DNA of 64,000 nt, from the IMG/VR virus record IMGVR_UViG_3300030102_004953, one strand, 5' to 3'. Below are positions 47,903 to 58,172 of this stretch, piece after piece. Source of the DNA: an uncultured virus (IMG/VR IMGVR_UViG_3300030102_004953) (lineage: Duplodnaviria > Heunggongvirae > Uroviricota > Caudoviricetes). The notes beneath the pieces are model-generated. The model was not told the origin of the DNA, ran no database searches, and saw nothing but the letters and a program-made list of their open reading frames with translations. Position numbers and translations under genes: made by a program. Within the stretch, counting starts at the first letter, position 1. Each line of letters opens with the position of its first letter.

Positions 47903-48540
47903 TCAATGATATTGTACTCGTTTGCATATTCATTTTCGGGATCGAAGAAAAACGCAATTAGAGTCCATCTATTACCTCTAGTTACTGGCTCAACTCCGTG
48001 TATAGTTAACCCGTTATGAAAACTCCCACAACCTTTATTTACAACCTTACTTTGTTTTACTTCCCTATTATTTAGGTATTCAAATTCACCACCCTCATAA
48101 TCAGAAAAATTATTTAATAGTATAGTCATAGATACAAGAGATAAATCACAATGATGTCTTAACTTACCTCTAGCACCATCACCATACTTTCTCACGAAGA
48201 ATTCTGCATTAGTAATCTCAGAGTTCATTTCGTAAGCTATATTTACTATATTATCTATCTTAGCTTCACCACACATATTTTCCATATCTTTTTGTAGATA
48301 GTTCACCTGCCACTCTGGTTCTCCGTCTACTGTATCTATTCTTTCACCGTCTATGTGCTTGTCTGTATGATTTATTAAGTATTCACACGCTTCATCAGAT
48401 AGAAGATTAATCTCATCACGTGGATTCTCATCAGAAAGAAAACATTGTTCAACTCTCAACCTAGCATAATCTGTACGAACATCTTGTTGAATTTTATCAA
48501 GAATATTCCAAGCTTGGCTAGAGGTGCCTGTATTTATCAA
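47890..48540 (-). CDS. 2OG-Fe(II) oxygenase (prolyl-hydroxylase-like)
   Basis: HCD, YEGGEF, HGVEPVTRGNRWTL. Confidence 0.88.
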   Translation of the reverse strand: MINTGTSSQAWNILDKIQQDVRTDYARLRVEQCFLSDENPRDEINLLSDEACEYLINHTDKHIDGERIDTVDGEPEWQVNYLQKDMENMCGEAKIDNIVNIAYEMNSEITNAEFFVRKYGDGARGKLRHHCDLSLVSMTILLNNFSDYEGGEFEYLNNREVKQSKVVNKGCGSFHNGLTIHGVEPVTRGNRWTLIAFFFDPENEYANEYNIIEWKK

Positions 48541-48549
48541 GTATAACCT

Positions 48550-49107
48550 TTATTTATAGTATTTAATATAATTAGTGATTAGTTTTTTCAAACCACGAAA
48601 ATTTTTATCAGCGATTAAAACCGCCTGTCTATTTGCTTCCATAACTTTAGTTCTATCGCCTGTAAGTTTCCAATCTATAATAGAATATTCATATAGGTTA
48701 TCTGCACCAAAAGTTGCTTTCTTTATTTCAAATGGTATTCTATCACCAACTTTTTTAGCAAAAAATCTTTTGAAGTAACCCTCTTTATAACTTACATCAT
48801 CAGGTTTTGTTTTACCTGAAACTACAGGATTAACAAACTTTTTATTTTGTGATAACTCTTGATACTTTTGTCTTTCATCTTCAATAGATATTCTTGATTT
48901 TGGTACAATAATCTTACTCGTATTAACAGAATGTTTATCTCCAGTCATATAAACTATTTCACCATTTTGCAAGTAATGTGCGTGATAATCAACTCCACCT
49001 GGCACATCACCCCCCTCAAGATAATAAAATTGTTTACCCTTAGTTTTACCAATAAATTTAGTAGATAAGGTTAATCTGTTTACTTTTTTAATTAATTTAA
49101 CTGACAT
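48550..49107 (-). CDS. hypothetical protein in the tail/baseplate module
   Basis: position only. Confidence 0.65.
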   Translation of the reverse strand: MSVKLIKKVNRLTLSTKFIGKTKGKQFYYLEGGDVPGGVDYHAHYLQNGEIVYMTGDKHSVNTSKIIVPKSRISIEDERQKYQELSQNKKFVNPVVSGKTKPDDVSYKEGYFKRFFAKKVGDRIPFEIKKATFGADNLYEYSIIDWKLTGDRTKVMEANRQAVLIADKNFRGLKKLITNYIKYYK

Positions 49108-49112
49108 ATCTT

Positions 49113-52010
49113 TTACCCATCTCCGTCTGGTCCAGCTTGTTGATTACTGGTTATCACTTGGTCATCATAGTCAAATCTACTATCTTTAGAAATTACTAAT
49201 TTTTCATTACTTTTACCCAACTTCTCTAGTAATCTTGTATCAGCTTCAGTTAATGCTACATCTAAAGATTTAAACTCATTATCAGTAACAGCGACACTTG
49301 TTTTCATATAGTCAGCCTTATATATTGCTCTCATATTTCCTGTTATATCCGTAGTCCATTTGTTTTCTACTATTTGGTGTTCTATTTTTGATACGTAGAA
49401 TACTGTTTCTTTTTTATACCTATCCTCTATGTAATCAGTATGAAACTGGTCACCCCAATCCAATCCAGCTATTCCAAGAGTTCTTATTCTTAATTCAACC
49501 ATATCTAGTAACTGAGTATTACCACCTGATAACTCTACTATTAATCCATCTTTTACTGAAAATTTTCTCTGTAAGAAGTAATTCATAGTCTGTTTAAAGT
49601 TATTGTACATTATACCCTCAGCATCGTAAGCTACTCCGTGTTTAAATGCTGCTTCTACTTTTACTCGTGTATCACCAACTATTTTTCTCTCTACTTCCTT
49701 TGTTTTTGTAGATTTAGTACGACCAAACTCTCTATCGTATTTTACTTTTTTTCTAAACTCAGGAGCTATTCTTCTATAGCTCTTATCACCATCTATTGAT
49801 ATATTTCTGACTATAACCATCTCATTACTCTGAAAGCCTGGATTTACTTTAACTCTTTCTGATGGTGTGGATTCATTCTCTTTTCCACCCTCATTTATGG
49901 TTTTGAAAGTATTTACAGCAGATGTATCAGAAATTAAAGCCTTATTCTCAATCTGTTTTTTACCCTCTAAAGTATTACCATACACCATAGCTAACATATT
50001 ACCAGTTGGTAATTTTACAGTTAAATCTTGTTGTATCACAAAACCACCCTCATTATTCCAAGTTGGAAAAACAAAAGGTTCACCAGCTTTAGGTGTATCT
50101 GTTTGTAAAGAGGAATCAATTATTGTTTGTTTAGCTATCTCTATAGCTTTTCTACCCTTTTCAGTCAATGAATTTACTTCGTAACACCCTATCTTATTAT
50201 CAGTTTCATAAATATCAAACTTCCAAAAACGAGTATATCCCATTCCTTCAACCTGTTTGAATAGGTTTTTTAATCCCTCTTGAACTGTACTAGCATTTTG
50301 AAATGCTGATTGGATTAAACTATAGTGTAGTACTAATCTTCTGATAGAACCTATCCTATTTTCCGATGTGGCTACTTTATCCTCTCTTCCATCATATACA
50401 TCTTTACCAGCTTCATCATCACTTCTATACACATCGAATCCTAATGCAGCCTCTGATATTCCTAAGTACTTTCTAACTATAGGGTGATATGATAAGAATA
50501 TCTCATCAAATTGTAATGTTTGCTCTACATCAGTAGTTTTAGTATAATAGGTATTTCCCCTATCCACAACAATTTCTTTTTTATATCCCACTGTTGCAGC
50601 TTTATCTGGAGTTTTATACTTTCTCTCCAACTCAGTTGGAAATCTTCCTGGTATTATCATAAGATTAGGATGAGATGTATAAAGGTAATTGTGTGAGTTT
50701 AGAGGTAAAGGGACACCATCTTCATCCGTAGATTCAAATTTCATTGGTGAATTATCAGATTCAAGATTAGAATATACAACACTCAAAATATTATCTTCCA
50801 TCCAGCCCCAAGTTACATAAGGACCTAACTCATTATTAAAATTATTATAGTCAAATTTTGTACCTGCTATTGTCTCTGGTTTTAACTCTGGATCGTAGTA
50901 TACACCAAACTTTCGTATAGAATCAAATTTACTGTAATCCCTTTGCTTAGATGTTGGAAAATCTTTATCTTCACCACTTCCTCCAGCTATTGTCTGGATA
51001 AGACTATCTCTTACCTCATCTAATGCTTCATTAGTAGATATTGTTTTAGCTGAATCTATAATGTACTCTTTTAGGTTCTTAAAAAAATCTCGTGGTGTAG
51101 CAGCACTAAATGCAGAATCCATAGTGAAAGTTGTTTTCTTTTGAATCTGTGCACTAGCAAAATCAACTATTCCTGTTTTTTGAAAATTAGGTAAATTTTC
51201 TTTTGCTTTTTCCCAATCACCCGTAACCACACCACCAAGAAAAGATCCAAGTTTTGGAGTGTAAGTCTCTTCTATTTCTACATCTCTTGATTCAGGTGAT
51301 TTATCAGGTGATGCGTTTCTTGGTGCTATCTCTTTGAACCCACTACTCTCTGTTGATGATGTGAATCTTTTAAATAATGTTGAATTGCCCATAAAATCTA
51401 CACTAAAATTAAATGCACCTGATTCTATCAAGTTATACTCAAAGTTATTCACAACTGCTATTTGTGCCTCACCATTACCATTTGTTTCTTTTCTATACCT
51501 TTCACAATAATTGAACTTTTCATCTTCTGATAAAGCTGCAAACCTAACTAAGTTAATTAGTTTAGCTGGTTGATATCCCCATTCTATTAACCAATATCTA
51601 CCAGGAGTTAATAATATGGGTTTGTAAAAATCAATCTGTTCTAACGTAGGAATAATACCTTTAGCTTGTATCTTAATTAATCCTTTACCACTAAATCCCT
51701 CCTGTTGAATTGATATGTCTGTTAAACCAGTATCAGGTCGGTTGTATTTTTTACCATAACTTCTAGTTGGTGTTGGTGTATTAGTTGGTAGTATACCAAG
51801 AGTATATAGTTGAATTATATCCTCTTCAGTAGTATTTGGGTTTTTCTTTTGTTCTGCAGCTACTATATCAGGAAAATTAAGTGGCACCATTCTAACATAC
51901 GCACTTTTATTAAACTCATCCATATTACGATCGATAAGTTTTTTCTTACGTAGTTGTAAGGCTTGTTTGATTGGAGGATCTATATCACCGAATAGCTTGT
52001 TTTGTGGCAT
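49113..52010 (-). CDS. baseplate hub-like protein
   Basis: C-terminal LGIAGLDWGD...FYVSKIEHQI..WTTDITG resembles gp27/VgrG-type hubs; follows the LysM-like gene. Confidence 0.6.
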   Translation of the reverse strand: MPQNKLFGDIDPPIKQALQLRKKKLIDRNMDEFNKSAYVRMVPLNFPDIVAAEQKKNPNTTEEDIIQLYTLGILPTNTPTPTRSYGKKYNRPDTGLTDISIQQEGFSGKGLIKIQAKGIIPTLEQIDFYKPILLTPGRYWLIEWGYQPAKLINLVRFAALSEDEKFNYCERYRKETNGNGEAQIAVVNNFEYNLIESGAFNFSVDFMGNSTLFKRFTSSTESSGFKEIAPRNASPDKSPESRDVEIEETYTPKLGSFLGGVVTGDWEKAKENLPNFQKTGIVDFASAQIQKKTTFTMDSAFSAATPRDFFKNLKEYIIDSAKTISTNEALDEVRDSLIQTIAGGSGEDKDFPTSKQRDYSKFDSIRKFGVYYDPELKPETIAGTKFDYNNFNNELGPYVTWGWMEDNILSVVYSNLESDNSPMKFESTDEDGVPLPLNSHNYLYTSHPNLMIIPGRFPTELERKYKTPDKAATVGYKKEIVVDRGNTYYTKTTDVEQTLQFDEIFLSYHPIVRKYLGISEAALGFDVYRSDDEAGKDVYDGREDKVATSENRIGSIRRLVLHYSLIQSAFQNASTVQEGLKNLFKQVEGMGYTRFWKFDIYETDNKIGCYEVNSLTEKGRKAIEIAKQTIIDSSLQTDTPKAGEPFVFPTWNNEGGFVIQQDLTVKLPTGNMLAMVYGNTLEGKKQIENKALISDTSAVNTFKTINEGGKENESTPSERVKVNPGFQSNEMVIVRNISIDGDKSYRRIAPEFRKKVKYDREFGRTKSTKTKEVERKIVGDTRVKVEAAFKHGVAYDAEGIMYNNFKQTMNYFLQRKFSVKDGLIVELSGGNTQLLDMVELRIRTLGIAGLDWGDQFHTDYIEDRYKKETVFYVSKIEHQIVENKWTTDITGNMRAIYKADYMKTSVAVTDNEFKSLDVALTEADTRLLEKLGKSNEKLVISKDSRFDYDDQVITSNQQAGPDGDG

Positions 52011-52012
52011 AC

Positions 52013-52318
52013 CTAATACGATGCTCCTGCATCTGCTAATATTTGCGGTAGTCTATTCTTATTAGGTATTCTGATAACCTCTTTACTTGCATCTATCCCA
52101 AAACCTTTTTTACCCACACCATTTGCTCTAGCTATAACCCACCATAGGGTTTCATCATCATAGTGTTCTTTAGCAAGCGCACTTAGTCCTACACCTGAAG
52201 TATTCACTACAAAATCATCAGAATCATCTGTAGGTATCGATGGTGGCATCTTAGGAACAAAGTATCTCCTACCTTGTTTATCTCGTCTTATTTGATTTTC
52301 TGTTTTATATCTACTCAT
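52013..52318 (-). CDS. baseplate wedge / LysM-like protein (gp53-like)
   Basis: LSALAKEHYDDETLWWVIARAN...IRIP. Confidence 0.8.
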   Translation of the reverse strand: MSRYKTENQIRRDKQGRRYFVPKMPPSIPTDDSDDFVVNTSGVGLSALAKEHYDDETLWWVIARANGVGKKGFGIDASKEVIRIPNKNRLPQILADAGASY

Positions 52319-52319
52319 A

Positions 52320-54701
52320 TTATGTTATATATCCTGCATTTCTTTCACCCTCTACGACAGCTTTATTAAAAGCCCTCTCAGATTGTGATTGTGGTGGGCT
52401 ATGTTCTGCAGCTTTTTGTACATCGGTTAACATACCATCAGTCTCGCTGGTTAGGTTTTCACCATCACCTACCATATACTTTAATCCATAATGTTTACCT
52501 CTACCCTTAATAGGATACTTTCCAATATATTGAAAATCTACACTTGCTTCAACGTATTTAGGTAACTCAAATTCAGGATTGATATCCCACGGTGATTGGT
52601 CGGTTACAGTTAAAGATATGTTATTTATCAAGCCAGGTGCCCTATCAAACATACCACCAAGTGTTAGTTCTATTAGTGGTGTAACCATTCTACCACTTTC
52701 ATAACCAGATGGATAAGCCAAACCAACTAAGTAGTTTAGTTTTTCCCACCCTACCACTAACTCTTGTTTTGTAAAAGCTGCGTATTTAAAAGTAAAGTTT
52801 ATGTTTCTAATAGCACCCTTGTAAATGTAAACTTGGTCAGCTCTACCTAAATATCTTATAGGGTCATACTCAGGTCTTACTGTATCTGTTACAGCACCTA
52901 ATATAGCTCTAAACTGAATGTGTTTTTTATTATACACATCGTGAAAAGCAAATGGTACAAAATCATCTCTTAAATTATTATCATCGTGATGCGGACGGTG
53001 TATGGTAACTTTATCTGATTTACGAGATGACTTCCATCTTCCTAACTTTGCATCCTCTGCTATTTCATCAACAAGTTTTACACCATAGTCTCCTAAAGTG
53101 CTTGCTTTCTCATCTTTCAAAAATTCTGATAATGAATTCTTATCTGCGATACCTGCTGGATGAAAAAATCCTATTCCAGTATTAGAAAACTTCGTCATTA
53201 ATTGTGAGTAAGGAAGTGTTCTAAATTCTATTTGTCTATGATAATCACCATCCCTACCTTCATTTCTAAACAATTTATCAGGATTCACATATTTTATATT
53301 TGGTTCATCTGAGATTAAAGATAATCTACTAATGTGTACAAATGAGGATGGGAACTTGTCATCAACGTCTGGAACACTCATACCCTTATATGCAGCTATT
53401 TTTCCTGCACCAAAATCTTTAACAAAAATTTTATCTCTATCAAAGCTCGCCTCTTCTATTTGATTAGATTTATATGCATAAGGTGCGTATATGTTGTACT
53501 TGTTTAGATTACTTGTAGGACTTGTTTGTGAAATAGTGGCTTTAGTTCCTTGTGCAAAAGAAGCTTGAATAGAATTGGTAACAAACTTTGGATCTACATT
53601 TAATATTTTACCAACAAATACACCTGCTTTATTTGTTTGTTGAACAACTTCTTCAGCAAAACTCTGTTGAGCAAAAACACTAGCAGTATCGATTGCAATA
53701 TTTAAACCAGCATTTATAATATTTGATACTCCATTCGCTACAGGTCCACTACCAAGTGATATGTTTGCATTTAAACCACCAAATAATCCACCAATAAAAT
53801 CTCTACCTCTATCTACTAACTTTCTGCTACCTGCACCAATCAAATCACCCAATGAACCACCTAATGCTTGAGCTGCTATAGATTTAAAAGTAGGACCTAC
53901 CTTTTGAATTTTCAGTTTTCTTGGATTTAAAAATGCCTGTTCTACTATTGAAGATATTTTATTTTGAGCTAATGGTTCAAATCTCTTAGCAAAGCCATCT
54001 ACTAAATCAGAGCCAATTCTTACTAAAGCACCCTCTTGTTTCTCATTTGTTGGTAATATAACCCTATCTTCATTTGGTGCTAGATTAGGAAAGTTTTCTG
54101 TAAGAAAAGAACTTCTACTTCCATCTCCATCGGATACGAACCTACCAAAAGCATCTTCTTTAGTACTTCTGTTTATCTTATGTCTTTCTATATGAAAGCC
54201 TGGTTGTAAAGAACCTCTTATACCAAATGGTGAAAACACTCTGTTATCACTCTTATATACTTTATAAACACCACCTCTAGCAGATGAACCATCAAATGAT
54301 TCTGGCATAGCATTGTATTGTTGTAGTAGAGACTGATTAGTTATGAAAAGTTGTCCCTCATTTGAATCTAAGAAACTTCCTATTCTAATTCTATGATTTT
54401 TTATTTGAGTTAGTGGAAACTGAACTTCAGCTCTAATTGGTGTATCAACATAAGGTTGAGTATGAAATATATCTCCTTGACTAAAATCCGATATTTTTAG
54501 GCTACCTCTAGCTTTTCCAATCGATATTTCAGGTGAAGAAACAGGATTTCCTATACTAAACTCTTTAGCTACTTCATTAGGTAATAACTGAGGGTACTCA
54601 CCTTGTTTTGGCGGGCTTTTACTTTCAAATGGTGCAGACTTACTAAAGCCAGTTTTTCGAAATGCTTCTGATAAATTTGTTTTTATATCTAATATACTCA
54701 T
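52320..54701 (-). CDS. baseplate / tail-tube initiator-like protein
   Basis: C-terminal FRAILGAVTD...YLGRADQVYIY...PLIELTLG...SPWDI. Confidence 0.6.
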   Translation of the reverse strand: MSILDIKTNLSEAFRKTGFSKSAPFESKSPPKQGEYPQLLPNEVAKEFSIGNPVSSPEISIGKARGSLKISDFSQGDIFHTQPYVDTPIRAEVQFPLTQIKNHRIRIGSFLDSNEGQLFITNQSLLQQYNAMPESFDGSSARGGVYKVYKSDNRVFSPFGIRGSLQPGFHIERHKINRSTKEDAFGRFVSDGDGSRSSFLTENFPNLAPNEDRVILPTNEKQEGALVRIGSDLVDGFAKRFEPLAQNKISSIVEQAFLNPRKLKIQKVGPTFKSIAAQALGGSLGDLIGAGSRKLVDRGRDFIGGLFGGLNANISLGSGPVANGVSNIINAGLNIAIDTASVFAQQSFAEEVVQQTNKAGVFVGKILNVDPKFVTNSIQASFAQGTKATISQTSPTSNLNKYNIYAPYAYKSNQIEEASFDRDKIFVKDFGAGKIAAYKGMSVPDVDDKFPSSFVHISRLSLISDEPNIKYVNPDKLFRNEGRDGDYHRQIEFRTLPYSQLMTKFSNTGIGFFHPAGIADKNSLSEFLKDEKASTLGDYGVKLVDEIAEDAKLGRWKSSRKSDKVTIHRPHHDDNNLRDDFVPFAFHDVYNKKHIQFRAILGAVTDTVRPEYDPIRYLGRADQVYIYKGAIRNINFTFKYAAFTKQELVVGWEKLNYLVGLAYPSGYESGRMVTPLIELTLGGMFDRAPGLINNISLTVTDQSPWDINPEFELPKYVEASVDFQYIGKYPIKGRGKHYGLKYMVGDGENLTSETDGMLTDVQKAAEHSPPQSQSERAFNKAVVEGERNAGYIT

Positions 54702-56008
54702 CGAGCTACATCTCTTATTTCTTTTCTAAACGTTGTCTGCATATTATCAAATCCTTGTGCATTAGTAGTTGTTAAATCATCTAACTTTTGTCCTAATGCC
54801 TTTATATCATCGTTTTCAATTTTTAGTTGTGGTACTACAGGTGATGGTGCAGCTGCTGGAGCACCTACTGCTACGTTAATACCAGCAGATACAATTTTAC
54901 CAACTTCAGAGGTAGTAAGATTGAAAGCATCTGCTATAGCTTGTCTTTGCATTGGACCTACTCTATTAAACCCACCCATAGCTTGTACTGCTCTTCTAAT
55001 TTCCGCAACAACTAATTCTTGTGCCTGTCCTGTTTTACCAGCAAAGTTTAATCGTGTGGCTTCTTCAAAATTTACTCTCTGTCCTAATACTGCTGATAAC
55101 TGAAATTGTGCAGCTATAGCTTCTTCTACATTTAGTAGTTTCTCTGAAATCTTAGATGTTGCATCAAGTGAAAGTCCTAATTGTTTTGCAAACACCAATG
55201 CTCTATTTATATTTTTAGCACCCTCATCAGTAAACTTGGCGAAGAAATCAGCATTTCTGGCTACATCTTCAAAAGCCTGGTTTACTAATACACCAGCATT
55301 CATAGCCGCATCTTTTAGATTATCTCTAGCCGCATCAGAACTAATCGCTAGTATATCGAATAAACGAGCTACCTTAACAGCTTCACTTGCAGTTATACTA
55401 TTTAGTTTAGCAAACTCAGCTATATTCTTTACAGCTTGACTACTAGCAGCGTTAATAGTACCGAACTCTTGTGTGATAGCTTTAGCAGTATCTCTAACTA
55501 ATTGTCCACTAAATTGTAGTAGAACGCTACTTCTTTGTGCTTTCTGTATCTCAAACGCTAGTTTAGCAGATTGAGTTACACTACCACCTATTTCTTCCCT
55601 AACCTTATTTGCTGTTCGTAAAAAATCACCTAAAGCTAATACAATAGCACCAACAGCAACTAATAATGGATTTGCCATAAGAGCTGCAGCGAAAGCTCTT
55701 GCTCCTCGTGCAGCTGCAAGTATACCAGCTCCTAAATCTTTTATCTTTCCTACCTGCCCATCTATTATATCAGTTACTTGTTGTTGTGCCTCAACACCTC
55801 TTTTTGTAGAGTTAGATTGTTCATCACCAGCCTCGTTTTGCTCTTCTTTTAATCTAGCTATTTCTTCTTCAAGTTGAACAACCTGGTCAAGTGTACCAAG
55901 TAACTTGGACATAAATCTTGGAAGATCTCTAGCGTGTTGCGTACTTTTTTTAAGGAGATCTTCTAATTCTGCTACGATATTTCTGGTTTCTTTTAGATTG
56001 TCTGCCAT
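54698..56008 (-). CDS. tape measure protein-like
   Basis: Ala/Leu-rich helical protein, ANPLLVAVGAIV, position after the chaperone. Confidence 0.7.
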   Translation of the reverse strand: MADNLKETRNIVAELEDLLKKSTQHARDLPRFMSKLLGTLDQVVQLEEEIARLKEEQNEAGDEQSNSTKRGVEAQQQVTDIIDGQVGKIKDLGAGILAAARGARAFAAALMANPLLVAVGAIVLALGDFLRTANKVREEIGGSVTQSAKLAFEIQKAQRSSVLLQFSGQLVRDTAKAITQEFGTINAASSQAVKNIAEFAKLNSITASEAVKVARLFDILAISSDAARDNLKDAAMNAGVLVNQAFEDVARNADFFAKFTDEGAKNINRALVFAKQLGLSLDATSKISEKLLNVEEAIAAQFQLSAVLGQRVNFEEATRLNFAGKTGQAQELVVAEIRRAVQAMGGFNRVGPMQRQAIADAFNLTTSEVGKIVSAGINVAVGAPAAAPSPVVPQLKIENDDIKALGQKLDDLTTTNAQGFDNMQTTFRKEIRDVAR

Positions 56009-56043
56009 AATTTTTATTCCAAGAAAAACCTAATTGATTTGTT

Positions 56044-56289
56044 TTACTTGTCTATACCCAACTTTTTAAACATAGCTTTTTCATAATTAGCATAGCTACC
56101 ATACTTCTGAATCATTCTCTTTCTAATATCTTTTTGCTTCTTTTCTACAAATTCTAAATCACGAGCTAGTTCAGGATCATTCTTTTTCAATTTACGTAGT
56201 GTATTAGATTTTGTACCTTTGGCGATGGCAGTAAATAATTTCTCAATTACTTTATCTATTACACCCTCTGAAATTTGTTTTTTGGACAT
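56044..56289 (-). CDS. hypothetical protein
   Basis: ORF preceded by a TATTTATA motif. Confidence 0.65.
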   Translation of the reverse strand: MSKKQISEGVIDKVIEKLFTAIAKGTKSNTLRKLKKNDPELARDLEFVEKKQKDIRKRMIQKYGSYANYEKAMFKKLGIDK

Positions 56290-56313
56290 AGAATAATCTT
56301 TCGGTTTGTTTAA

Positions 56314-56321
56314 TATAAATA
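56314..56321 (-). promoter_or_regulatory. TATTTATA motif
   Basis: recurring octamer upstream of a start codon. Confidence 0.55.
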
Positions 56322-56331
56322 TTAAGAAAGA

Positions 56332-56529
56332 TTACTTTTGGAACTGTTTCTGCTGCTTTTCGATTTCAGCATTTCTGTCTTTATATTCTTTTACAGTTCT
56401 ATTTAAGTAAAATTTTCTTAGATATATTGGTAGGTTGTAACATTCGGTGAAAGAAAATCCACCGTTGGTATTAAAGATAAGTTGAAATATTTCTTCGTGT
56501 ATGGTAACGGAATCTTTAGAGCGAAGGCC
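56332..56529 (-). CDS. start-less 65-codon frame, probable frameshift extension of the chaperone (gp51-like)
   Basis: GLRSKDSVTIHEEIFQLIFNTNGGFSFTECYNLPIYLRKFYL...FQK*; no ATG/GTG/TTG in frame; begins at a T7 run. Confidence 0.7.
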   Translation of the reverse strand, partial: GLRSKDSVTIHEEIFQLIFNTNGGFSFTECYNLPIYLRKFYLNRTVKEYKDRNAEIEKQQKQFQK

Positions 56530-57256
56530 AAAAAAACGAAACGGTCATCGGGACCGTTACTATTCTCCTCTCTCCAGATGACATTTCTGCTTTAACTTCC
56601 ATATTCAAATCTGGTGTCATATCTAATACGTGTTTTCTAAAAACTAATGTATCTCTTGACAAGAATTCATTATCAACAAAGTTATTGATAACTGATTGTG
56701 CATCTTCTCCATCCACTGCTGTAATCATCTTTTTAAGTCTTGTACTAACTTCTCTGTCTACACTCAATCCAACTTTTTTAAGTGATTCTATTTCTTCTCT
56801 TATATCAGCATCATCTTTTTGAGTTAGTAATCTAAAAGTTAATTCTCTTTTTGTAGATGGTAAAGTGTAATTAAAACTATTTTTATGTTTAGGATACTTA
56901 CTGAAATCAATATCTTTAGCTGATATGTCAGATAAATCTACTTTACCTTTTTCATCTCCAATATTAAATTCATAATCATTTCCGTATGCTAAGACTCTTG
57001 CACTAATAAAAAGTGCGTTCTTATCACCTAACAACATTGTATCCAAGTCAACTTTCTTATCAACAACTAATTCTTTAAGTAGAACATCTAATACTGTGCC
57101 TTGTTCTATTAAATTAACTGACGTAAGAATATCCTCTTCTTTTGCCGTCATATATTTTATTTCTACCTTACCACTTGACAATGGGTTATCTTTTGCGTAA
57201 AAATGCCCTTGAGATGGTAAGTCTACAAATTCCGTAGGGAAGCTACTATTAGCCAT
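56516..57256 (-). CDS. baseplate hub / tail assembly chaperone (gp26-like)
   Basis: LPSQG, MTAKEEDIL, LPSTK..TFRLLT, ends FFWP. Confidence 0.8.
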   Translation of the reverse strand: MANSSFPTEFVDLPSQGHFYAKDNPLSSGKVEIKYMTAKEEDILTSVNLIEQGTVLDVLLKELVVDKKVDLDTMLLGDKNALFISARVLAYGNDYEFNIGDEKGKVDLSDISAKDIDFSKYPKHKNSFNYTLPSTKRELTFRLLTQKDDADIREEIESLKKVGLSVDREVSTRLKKMITAVDGEDAQSVINNFVDNEFLSRDTLVFRKHVLDMTPDLNMEVKAEMSSGERRIVTVPMTVSFFWPSL

Positions 57257-57318
57257 AAACGATTCCTTGATTTAAATTATAACCAATTATAAGTATAACC
57301 GTTATTCTTGAAAAAAAC

Positions 57319-57474
57319 TTATTTTTTTCCTGGCATCATTTTTTCTTTGATTGGCTTGAGAACTGCATCAAATAAGATGTCATCATATTTTGTTGGTGTA
57401 AGTTTAACAATCTTCTCGATTGCATAAAATGCTACCAAAACATATTCCCAATTTGCCGCTAGCCATTCACTCAT
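57319..57474 (-). CDS. 51-aa membrane-associated, holin-like protein, not in the ORF track
   Basis: MSEWLAANWEYVLVAFYAIEKIVKLTPTKYDD...; AGGAG SD; holin role is a guess. Confidence 0.6.
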   Translation of the reverse strand: MSEWLAANWEYVLVAFYAIEKIVKLTPTKYDDILFDAVLKPIKEKMMPGKK

Positions 57475-57486
57475 TATTATCTCCTA

Positions 57487-57975
57487 TTAGAAGTTAAGTA
57501 TTGCGTAATCATAAGTTAACTGAATTGTGATATCAGCAACTTCATTTGATTGATATTCTAAAGTATTCCAATTAGCTTGTGATATGTAAGTGCCTTTTAA
57601 TTGCCACTCTTCAACAATATCACCTGTTGGACCTAACATATTAAATGTTACATCTTTTTTATAAAAATCTGCATATCCATCACGACCTGTTACAGATTCG
57701 TGAGACAAACGAATCCACTCGATAACTGATTGAGCGCCACTTGGAACGATTGGATCGTATAGTGTCAATTCGATTGGTTGCCAAGCTGCTTTACCTTTTA
57801 GGTATCTCTTTACATTGATATGGTCTAGTGTGATAGTTTCAAACTGTACACTTGGACGACTTGCAGCTTTTACTAAGAAAGATGGTACTCCGTCAATGTA
57901 CCATATATACCTATTTTTAACCTTTGGCTCAAAGGTTGTAAAAAATATTTCTTGTGCTGATAAAACGTCTGGCAT
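57487..57975 (-). CDS. tail tube protein (gp19-like)
   Basis: FEPKVKNRY, LTLYDPI, GRDGYADFYKK, LTYDYA; follows the sheath. Confidence 0.9.
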   Translation of the reverse strand: MPDVLSAQEIFFTTFEPKVKNRYIWYIDGVPSFLVKAASRPSVQFETITLDHINVKRYLKGKAAWQPIELTLYDPIVPSGAQSVIEWIRLSHESVTGRDGYADFYKKDVTFNMLGPTGDIVEEWQLKGTYISQANWNTLEYQSNEVADITIQLTYDYAILNF

Positions 57976-58006
57976 TACTTATCTCCAAATTATATTTACT
58001 TCTATC

Positions 58007-58014
58007 TATAAATA
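58007..58014 (-). promoter_or_regulatory. TATTTATA motif upstream of the tail tube gene
   Basis: lies downstream of the sheath terminator, where a new promoter is needed. Confidence 0.6.
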
Positions 58015-58049
58015 TAAGCTATCTAACAATTTCAGTTATTTGTACCTTG

Positions 58050-58078
58050 ATAGTTTTTCATAGTTTTTTCATAGTTTT
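58050..58078. repeat. three short tandem units ATAGTTTT(T/TT)C
   Basis: atagtttttc atagttttttc atagtttt. Confidence 0.7.
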
Positions 58079-58111
58079 ACTATCTTACTATCACTCATAA
58101 AATAAATAGTA

Positions 58112-58144
58112 AATAAAACAAAAAACCCCTCGTTAAAGGGGTTT
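58112..58144 (-). terminator. intrinsic terminator after the sheath gene
   Basis: AAACCCCT/AGGGGTTT stem with T-rich tail on the minus strand. Confidence 0.85.
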
Positions 58145-58172
58145 CTTGCACACATTAATTTAGATTAAGTTA

